A DNA stretch of 33,706 nt, from assembly GCA_049511115.1 (NCBI GenBank), contig JBEKYH010000001.1:1-33706 (forward strand), in the 5' to 3' direction. The first letter of the stretch is position 1. Every line of letters starts with the position of its first letter. The stretch comes from Tepidisphaeraceae bacterium. Its GTDB lineage: Bacteria > Planctomycetota > Phycisphaerae > Tepidisphaerales > Tepidisphaeraceae. Positions 24,982-31,344 of this stretch are shown here, piece after piece. The position numbers were made by a program, and so were the translations under genes. The notes under the pieces are model-generated. The model saw nothing but the letters and a program-made list of their open reading frames with translations, did no database searches and was not told the DNA's origin.

Positions 24982-25296
24982 TCAAATCTGCGGAAAACCC
25001 TCGCCGGATTCTGCGCCCCGCGGCAGTTTTGAAAATCGGATGCCGATGATGACAAGGGTTGTTTCATCCTGGCTGTACTGAAATAGCGCGTTCAGTTCCC
25101 AGCGATCATTAGCATGCAAGCATCCGAATTGGAACATCTGACACTTCTCTCGATACGGAAAGCGCGATGGCTTGCTGAGAACGGTCGGAGCATCGCCTAA
25201 CAACCTGAGCTGTACTCCGCAAAAGCGGCGCACGGCGGACGGTAGTCTGGCAAGATCGTGCTCTGCCTCAATTGTCAGGGAGATCGCGTAGTTCAA
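24982..25296 (-). CDS. RelE/ParE-superfamily-like small protein (~104 aa), putative toxin with a non-ATG start
   Basis: Only the last ~100 codons of ORF 24982-25587 look protein-like. AISLTIEAEHDLARLPSAVRRFCGVQLRLLGDAP...QMFQFGC...WELNALFQYSQDETTLVIIGIRF follows the RelE/ParE order of secondary-structure elements. TTG at 25294-25296 lies 7 nt after GGGGGAG. It overlaps the upstream gene's stop by 29 nt. Confidence 0.4.
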   Translation of the reverse strand: MNYAISLTIEAEHDLARLPSAVRRFCGVQLRLLGDAPTVLSKPSRFPYREKCQMFQFGCLHANDRWELNALFQYSQDETTLVIIGIRFSKLPRGAESGEGFPQI

Positions 25297-25744
25297 GTTC
25301 GATCTCCCCCAGGGATCGCGTTTGGCCACGGTGCGCCTGTTCGACAGATTTCGCGACGCCATCGACCGAAAAGCAGACGATCCCGCGCAATTCTTTCCAC
25401 GCCGCGAAGAATTCGGGTTTCCCGTCGATGGCGAATCCTTCAGTCTCCAGCCGGTGCAATAAGCCGGCCGTTTTCTCGAAGACTCCCGCGAGGCGGCGAT
25501 ATAGAGCCTCCCATTCGCTGCCAAGTCGGTCCATCTGCGCGTCTTGCTGAGCGTTGTCGGCAAGGTCGCGTTGCCAGCGATCAACATCTGTGCCGATCTC
25601 AGAAAGGAGATTCACCGCGCTCCGGGAAAGATCCTGGACGTTGTAACAAAGAAGAGCCCATCCGTGCGCATGGCTGATCTCCTCCTCCAATTCCTGGGCG
25701 GATTTCTCCGATGCTTCAACTTGATTCTTCAGGACGATGTTCAT
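25268..25744 (-). CDS. Hypothetical, predicted helical protein (158 aa), upstream partner of the RelE/ParE-like ORF
   Basis: ORF 25268-25906. The first ATG that leaves a plausible divergent promoter with serA is at 25744 (MNIVLKNQVEASEKSAQELEEE...). I see no recognisable domain. The start is uncertain because there is no good SD. Confidence 0.5.
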   Translation of the reverse strand: MNIVLKNQVEASEKSAQELEEEISHAHGWALLCYNVQDLSRSAVNLLSEIGTDVDRWQRDLADNAQQDAQMDRLGSEWEALYRRLAGVFEKTAGLLHRLETEGFAIDGKPEFFAAWKELRGIVCFSVDGVAKSVEQAHRGQTRSLGEIELELRDLPDN

Positions 25745-25938
25745 GATGATGCGCCGCAACCTCTCAAAAAGAGGCGTAACCGCAGAATTACGGGAATCTG
25801 CCGACTCCCGCTGCGCATTATACGAAAGAACCCGGGTCACTTCCAAAAGCGCTTTCCACGATACGTTCCGCCCCCGCTTGCTTGCCGGCCTCCATCCTTT
25901 TACCATTCTCCCCTTTCACAAATGGAGACGAGATTCAC

Positions 25939-27555
25939 ATGCGCATACTGGTCGCCGACAAACTCGCGGACGAGGGATTGGACTTTCTCAAGCAATCAGG
26001 GATCGCTTTTGACGTGAAAGTGGGGCTTAAGGAGCCGGAACTGGCCGCCGCGGTAGGGGGGTATGATGCCCTTATCGTGCGCTCGGGGGCCAAGGTGACC
26101 GCGAAGGTTCTGGAATCGCCCGGCCAGCTCAAGGCCATCGCCCGGGCCGGCGTGGGCGTCGATAACATTGACCTCGAAGCGGCCACGGCCAAGGGCATCC
26201 TGGTGATGAACACCGCGGAGGCCAGCACCCTTTCCACCGCCGAGCACGCGCTGGCCCTCATGATGAGCCTGGCCCGCAAAATCCCCCAGGCCGACGCGCA
26301 CGTGAAGAGCGGCCAGTGGAAGCGCACGCAATACCAGGGCACGCAGCTTGCCGGCAAGACGCTCGGCGTCGTCGGCCTGGGCCGCATCGGCCGCGCCGTC
26401 GCCAGCCGCGCCCTGGCGATGGAGATGAGCGTCATCGGCTTTGATCCCTTCTTTACCGCCCCGACCGCCCTTGAGGGGCGCGTCCGCCTGTTGCGCGACT
26501 TCGACGAATTCCTCGGCCAGGTGGATGTGATCTCCTTCCATGTTCCCGGCGGCGAAGGCACGCGCCACCTGCTCAACCGCGAGCGGCTCTTTGGCAAGTG
26601 CAAGCCCAATCTGCTGGTCATCAACGACGCCCGCGGCGAGGTGCTCGATGAGATCGCCCTGGCTGAAGCGCTCAAGGAAAAGAAGATCGCCGGCGCGGCG
26701 ATCGACGTTTATGCCACCGAGCCACCGGCAAAGGATCATCCGCTCTTCGCCTTGGAAAACGCCGTGCTGACGCCGCACCTGGGGGCCAGCACCGACGAAG
26801 CCCAGACGGCCGTTTCGTTTGAGGCATGTAAGGCCATCGTCGCATATCTTAAAACCGGCGAAATTCGCGGCGCGGTCAACGCCGGCGGATTAAAACTCGA
26901 TCTTCCCGCCGACGAGCGCCCCTTCGCCGAACTGGCCCGCCGCATCGGCACGATCCTCGCCGGCCTGTGCGACGGCGGATTCAAGACCATCACCCTCCGC
27001 GTCAGCGGCTCGCGCGCCCCCAAGCTGATGCCCACACTCCTGCGCCTGGCCGCCGTCGAATTGCTGCGGCCGCATCTGGATACGGAAGTCAACGTCATCA
27101 ACGTCGAGCACATCTGCGATACGCGCGGCATCGAACTGGCTCAAATCCAGGAACCCCACCCGCCGGCGGGCCTCGTCGGCGATATTGTCGGCGTGCGCGC
27201 CGAATGCACCAGCGGCGAAACGCACCGCATCCTCGGCACCGTCTATGCCGACGGACATCCGCGCGTCCTCCGCATCGACGGCTTTGCCATGGACATGATC
27301 CCCGAGGGGCAGATGGTCATCATCGTCAACAAGGACATGCCCGGCGTGATCGGCCTGGTCGGCTCCAGCTTCGGTGAAGCCGGCGTCAACATCGCCGATA
27401 TGGTCATCAGCCGCGAAAAACACCCCGACGGTTCGGCGACCGCACTCATGGTTCTCAAAACCGACAGCGAAGCCCCCGCTTCCCTTCTGGAACGCCTGCG
27501 GGCCAAGCCGAACATCCTGCGCGTGAAAGCGGCGTCGCTGGCGAATAAGGGGTGA
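25939..27555 (+). CDS. serA: D-3-phosphoglycerate dehydrogenase, long (type I) form with ASB and ACT domains
   Basis: MRILVADKLADEGLDFL, NAD site GVVGLGRIGRAVA, catalytic region TPHLGAST and a C-terminal ACT-like segment (VNKDMPGVIGLVGSSFGEAGVNIADM). ATG at 25939 is preceded by GGAGACGAG. Confidence 0.9.
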   Translation: MRILVADKLADEGLDFLKQSGIAFDVKVGLKEPELAAAVGGYDALIVRSGAKVTAKVLESPGQLKAIARAGVGVDNIDLEAATAKGILVMNTAEASTLSTAEHALALMMSLARKIPQADAHVKSGQWKRTQYQGTQLAGKTLGVVGLGRIGRAVASRALAMEMSVIGFDPFFTAPTALEGRVRLLRDFDEFLGQVDVISFHVPGGEGTRHLLNRERLFGKCKPNLLVINDARGEVLDEIALAEALKEKKIAGAAIDVYATEPPAKDHPLFALENAVLTPHLGASTDEAQTAVSFEACKAIVAYLKTGEIRGAVNAGGLKLDLPADERPFAELARRIGTILAGLCDGGFKTITLRVSGSRAPKLMPTLLRLAAVELLRPHLDTEVNVINVEHICDTRGIELAQIQEPHPPAGLVGDIVGVRAECTSGETHRILGTVYADGHPRVLRIDGFAMDMIPEGQMVIIVNKDMPGVIGLVGSSFGEAGVNIADMVISREKHPDGSATALMVLKTDSEAPASLLERLRAKPNILRVKAASLANKG

Positions 27556-27563
27556 TTTGGTGA

Positions 27564-27706
27564 GGAAGAAAGTGAACGCCGAGACACAGAGACGCCGAGA
27601 AGATAATTCAAAGACTTAAACGCGAAGACGCGAAGAAAGCGAAGAATTCGATCTTCCGCATTTTCTTCTCGGCGTCTCTGAGTCTCGGCGTTCGTCCCTT
27701 TCTTCC
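27564..27706. repeat. 143-nt palindromic REP/MITE-like element between the convergent serA and araH; possible bidirectional terminator
   Basis: Arm 27574-27602 (GAACGCCGAGACACAGAGACGCCGAGAAG) pairs with 27665-27693 at 28 of 29 positions, checked base by base. The outer arms GGAAGAAAG (27564-27572) and CTTTCTTCC (27698-27706) extend the stem across a small bulge. The ~62-nt centre contains three GCGAAGA motifs. Confidence 0.75.
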
Positions 27707-27737
27707 CAACCAGCAAGCTGATTCCGCCAAAGTGCTC

Positions 27738-28751
27738 TCACCCCTCGCGAAGTCGCTTCAACCGATCGATCACCGCCGCGGTGATCAGGATGCCGCCGCG
27801 GAAGACGTATTGGTAGAAAGTGTCGACGTTGAGGAGTTCCATGGCGTTGGTGACCGAACCCATGATGAAGACGCCCACGACGACGCCACCCATGCTGCCC
27901 ACGCCGCCGGTCAGGGCGACGCCGCCGAGGACGCAGGCGCTGATTACATCCAGTTCGAGGCCCAGGTCTGAATTCGGCTGACCGCTGCCAAAGGCACTCG
28001 CCTCGATGATGCCGGCCATCGCGGCCACCAAGCCCTGCATGGTGAAGATGAGGATTTTAGTGCGGACAACAGACACGCCGGCCAGTCGCGCGGCTTCCGC
28101 ATTTCCGCCGATCGCCATGGCATTGCGCCCGAAGGTCGTTCGATTGAGCAGCACCGAAAAGAAAATAAAGCAGCCGATCATGATCCAGACCGGCATGGGG
28201 ATAAACAATTCCCCAAAGATGTGCGTCTGGGTCACGCCCAGGAGCGTGAAGCCGGGATTATCCACGCCGACGGGATCGCCTTTCCCGACGATAAATGCGA
28301 GTCCGCGGGCAATCTGCAGGGTTCCGAGCGTGGCAATGAGGGCGTTAATTCCCACAAAAGCAATCAGAAACCCGTTGAACAGCCCAACGGCCGTTCCCGA
28401 GAGCAGGCCCGCCGCTATCCCTGCGACAACGGAATTGGTGTAATTGGTGACCACCGCGGAGACCATGCCGCTCATGACGGCCACGCTGGCGACCGACAAA
28501 TCAAAGTCGCCGGCAACCATGCAGAACAGCATCGAGCACGAAATAATCCCCACGGTGGCGACCGAACGAGACAGGCCGCGGGCATTGTGCCAGGAAAAAA
28601 AGTAAGGGATGAAGATGGAAAAAATGGTCAGCAGAATCAACAGGATCAGCAGCATTCCCGTCTTTTCCCAGAGGTCGAGCGCGTGCGTCCCGACCCGACG
28701 GGCGCGGCTGGGTGCGGGAGCCGTTGATCGCGGCGAAGGGGGATTCGTCAT
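27738..28751 (-). CDS. araH: Sugar ABC transporter permease, AraH-like
   Basis: Polytopic membrane protein of the RbsC/AraH type (GGVALTGGVGSMGGVVVGVFIMG). It is the last gene of the araFGH-like operon, 5 nt after the araG stop. Confidence 0.8.
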   Translation of the reverse strand: MTNPPSPRSTAPAPSRARRVGTHALDLWEKTGMLLILLILLTIFSIFIPYFFSWHNARGLSRSVATVGIISCSMLFCMVAGDFDLSVASVAVMSGMVSAVVTNYTNSVVAGIAAGLLSGTAVGLFNGFLIAFVGINALIATLGTLQIARGLAFIVGKGDPVGVDNPGFTLLGVTQTHIFGELFIPMPVWIMIGCFIFFSVLLNRTTFGRNAMAIGGNAEAARLAGVSVVRTKILIFTMQGLVAAMAGIIEASAFGSGQPNSDLGLELDVISACVLGGVALTGGVGSMGGVVVGVFIMGSVTNAMELLNVDTFYQYVFRGGILITAAVIDRLKRLREG

Positions 28752-28756
28752 GCGGA

Positions 28757-30328
28757 TTACCTTCTGGAAATCGTCGGAGCGGCACTTCCTTCTTCAACCG
28801 GCAGCGCCAACCGCAGCAACATCTCGGCCGTGGCCTCGCCGCGATTAAACACGCCGGCGATTTCCCCCTGCCGCATCACCGCGATGCGATCGCAAATCCC
28901 CATCACTTCCGGCAACTCGTTGGACACCACGACGACAGCCGCTCCGTTCTCGGCGAGCTTAAAAATGATCGAATAAATTTCGCTCTTGGCGCCCACGTCG
29001 ATCCCGCGCGTCGGCTCATCCAGCAGAATAATCCTGGGGTTCTCGCACAGCCACCGGCCGAGGATCACCTTCTGCTGATTTCCGCCCGACAGGTACTTGA
29101 TCGGCTGGCGCAGCGAGGGCGTTTTGATGCCAAGCTGTTCGACGAGCCGGCGCGCATTGCTCCGCTCGCGCCGGGGCATGATGAAAAACCTCAGCGGCGA
29201 AAAATGCCTTCGCCCGGACAGATTCAAATTCTCCTCGACCGACCGCACGGGGATAATCCCATCGCGCTTGCGGTCTTCGGGGCACAGGACAATTCCCTGG
29301 CGGATCGACCGCGAAGGCTTTCGCGGCCTGAGCGCTTTTCCAGCCGCGCGTATGGTGCCGCCGGACGGCCGGTCCGCGCCATAAATCAGCCGCATCAGTT
29401 CACTGCGCCCCGCGCCGACCAAGCCGAAGAACCCGATAATCTCCCCGCGCTTAATCGCAAAACTCGCCGGCGCCGGCAGCGCCGCGCCGCAAATCCCGGT
29501 TACCTCCAGCGCCGTCTCGCCGTGCTCGCGCGGGCGATATGCAAATACGTCGGTGATGGATCGCCCGACCATGCGCTGCACCAGCAGATCGCGGCTCACG
29601 CCGGTCAGGGACGCGAACGTCTCCACCTGCCGCCCGTCGCGCAAAACTGTCGCCGCGTCGCAAAGCTCAAATATCTCCTCCATGCGATGGCTCACATAGA
29701 GAATCACGCGCCCCTGCGCGCGAAGCTGCCGGATGACGCCGAACAATCGCGCCGTCTCCGCCGCCGACAGGCTGCTGGTCGGCTCATCAAACGCGATTGT
29801 TTCCGCCTTGCGCACAAGGGCCTTGGCGATCTCCACCATCTGCCGCTGCCCAATGGCCAGCGCACTCACCCGCGCCCGCGGCGAAATCTCTTCTCCCAGC
29901 AACCGCAGAATCTCCCGCGCCTGCTCGATCATGGCCGAGCGATTCACCCACCCCATCCACCCGGGAAAATGTCCCAGGCACAGGTTCTCCGCCACCGTCA
30001 TTTCCGGCACGAGATGCAATTCCTGATAAATGACGGCCACCCCGTGATGAATCGCCTGCGCGCTCGATTTGAAAACATACGGCTTGCCGCCCAGAATCAA
30101 TCGCCCTGAATCCGGTCGGTAAACGCCCGAGAGAATCTTCAGGAGCGTGCTCTTCCCCGCGCCGTTTTCGCCCAGCAGGGCATGCACTTCCCCGCCGCGC
30201 GCGTCGAACGACACATCGGTCAGCGCTTTCACGCTGGGAAACGATTTGCTCACGCCATCAAAGCGAAGATGCGACACCGCCGCGGGCGATCGGCTCTCAT
30301 CCGGAGGGCTTGGCTCTGGGGACTCCAT
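28757..30328 (-). CDS. araG: Sugar ABC transporter ATP-binding protein with duplicated ATPase domains, AraG-like
   Basis: FPSVKALTDVSFDARGGEVHALLGENGAGKSTLLKILSG, AVIYQELHLVPEMTVAENL, second Walker A GLVGAGRSE, LSGGNQQK and ILLDEPTRGIDVGAK closely follow my recollection of E. coli AraG. Confidence 0.85.
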   Translation of the reverse strand: MESPEPSPPDESRSPAAVSHLRFDGVSKSFPSVKALTDVSFDARGGEVHALLGENGAGKSTLLKILSGVYRPDSGRLILGGKPYVFKSSAQAIHHGVAVIYQELHLVPEMTVAENLCLGHFPGWMGWVNRSAMIEQAREILRLLGEEISPRARVSALAIGQRQMVEIAKALVRKAETIAFDEPTSSLSAAETARLFGVIRQLRAQGRVILYVSHRMEEIFELCDAATVLRDGRQVETFASLTGVSRDLLVQRMVGRSITDVFAYRPREHGETALEVTGICGAALPAPASFAIKRGEIIGFFGLVGAGRSELMRLIYGADRPSGGTIRAAGKALRPRKPSRSIRQGIVLCPEDRKRDGIIPVRSVEENLNLSGRRHFSPLRFFIMPRRERSNARRLVEQLGIKTPSLRQPIKYLSGGNQQKVILGRWLCENPRIILLDEPTRGIDVGAKSEIYSIIFKLAENGAAVVVVSNELPEVMGICDRIAVMRQGEIAGVFNRGEATAEMLLRLALPVEEGSAAPTISRR

Positions 30329-30337
30329 GAATGACGG

Positions 30338-31318
30338 CTATTTCATCCCTTGATCTTGCATGACCTGCTTCCAATTGGTGCGGTCAATGAACGTGGCGCG
30401 GCGGATGAACGTCGTCATCGGCGGCGGCGTGCCATCTTTCACCCAATGAAAAACCAATTCCGCCGTCTGATACCCATGCTTGTTGGGGCTGAGAAGGAGC
30501 GAGCCGATGAACCCGGTCTCCTGCGGCTTGGCCAATTCATCGGAGCAATCCGTTCCATTGATGCCGCAGCCGATGCAATCCGCCGGGGCGATGCCATGTG
30601 TCTCCGTGGCCCGCACCGCGCCAAGGACGGCCCGGTCGTTCATCCCCACGATGAGCCAATGCTTCACCTCGGGATGCTGCGTCAGGCAAATGTCACCGGC
30701 CGCGTAACTTCCCGGAATGTCGGTGGTTTTATTCGGCGCTTTGTACAATTTATCCTTCGGGAACCCGGCCTCGATCAGCGCCTCCTGCGCCCCGTCGGTG
30801 CGCTGCTTGGCGGTGTCCAGTTCATCATGCGTGCAGACGCACGCCGCGGTATCCGCCAAATTCCAACCGCGCCTTTTGAGTTCGGCGAATTCGACTTCCC
30901 CCGCCTGGTGGCCGATATCATGCGGGCTCATGCCCAGGTGCGGCACGGTGGTCATGATGTTGCCTTTGCCGTCCACGAATTGATCGTCCACCGTCATGAA
31001 CTTCAGCCCGTTCTGCTGCGCCTTGGCCACAATCGCCGGTCCCAGCCGGGGGTCGGGGGTGCAGATGACAAAGCCCGACGCGCCGACGGTTCCCAGGTCG
31101 TCGATTGCCGCGAGGACTTTACCCCCGTCGGTGACGCCGATCTTGATCAGCTCAAACCCATCCGCGTCGGCCGCCTTCTGCGCGAACGTCCATTCCGTCT
31201 GAAACCAGGGTTCTTCCGGCTGTTTGACGAGGAAGCCGATTTTGATTTTCGCCTGATCGGCCCCGCCTAATAGAGTCACCGCGAACAGCGCGGCCAGCGT
31301 ACACAGCATTTTTCGCAT
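30338..31318 (-). CDS. araF: Periplasmic sugar-binding protein, AraF-like (L-arabinose-binding protein family)
   Basis: IGFLVKQPEEPWFQTEWTFAQKAA, GFVICTPDPRLGPAIVAKA, QHPEVKHWLIVGMNDRAVLGAVRATE and GFIGSLLLSPNKHGY are near-identical to blocks of E. coli AraF as I recall it. It has a signal peptide. Confidence 0.85.
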   Translation of the reverse strand: MRKMLCTLAALFAVTLLGGADQAKIKIGFLVKQPEEPWFQTEWTFAQKAADADGFELIKIGVTDGGKVLAAIDDLGTVGASGFVICTPDPRLGPAIVAKAQQNGLKFMTVDDQFVDGKGNIMTTVPHLGMSPHDIGHQAGEVEFAELKRRGWNLADTAACVCTHDELDTAKQRTDGAQEALIEAGFPKDKLYKAPNKTTDIPGSYAAGDICLTQHPEVKHWLIVGMNDRAVLGAVRATETHGIAPADCIGCGINGTDCSDELAKPQETGFIGSLLLSPNKHGYQTAELVFHWVKDGTPPPMTTFIRRATFIDRTNWKQVMQDQGMK

Positions 31319-31344
31319 GATTCCCTCGTTGTTTCATCAGATGG

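Noticed and set aside
25297-25587. The N-terminal ~97 codons of ORF 24982-25587, considered as part of a 201-aa protein.
   Set aside because: This part overlaps the 158-aa gene in another frame and is Arg/Ser-rich junk. Only the portion after the TTG at 25296 has a protein-like, RelE/ParE-like pattern.
25745-25906. Upstream extension of the 158-aa hypothetical protein to the ORF-track start at 25906.
   Set aside because: It would leave only ~32 nt for the divergent serA promoter and RBS. The extra 54 residues are Arg/Ser-rich and unlike the rest of the protein. This remains uncertain because no start has a strong SD.
27243-27716. 157-aa minus-strand ORF running through the palindromic element into the serA 3' end.
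   Set aside because: It is generated by the repeat itself plus the antisense of serA. There is no start context and no coding-like composition.
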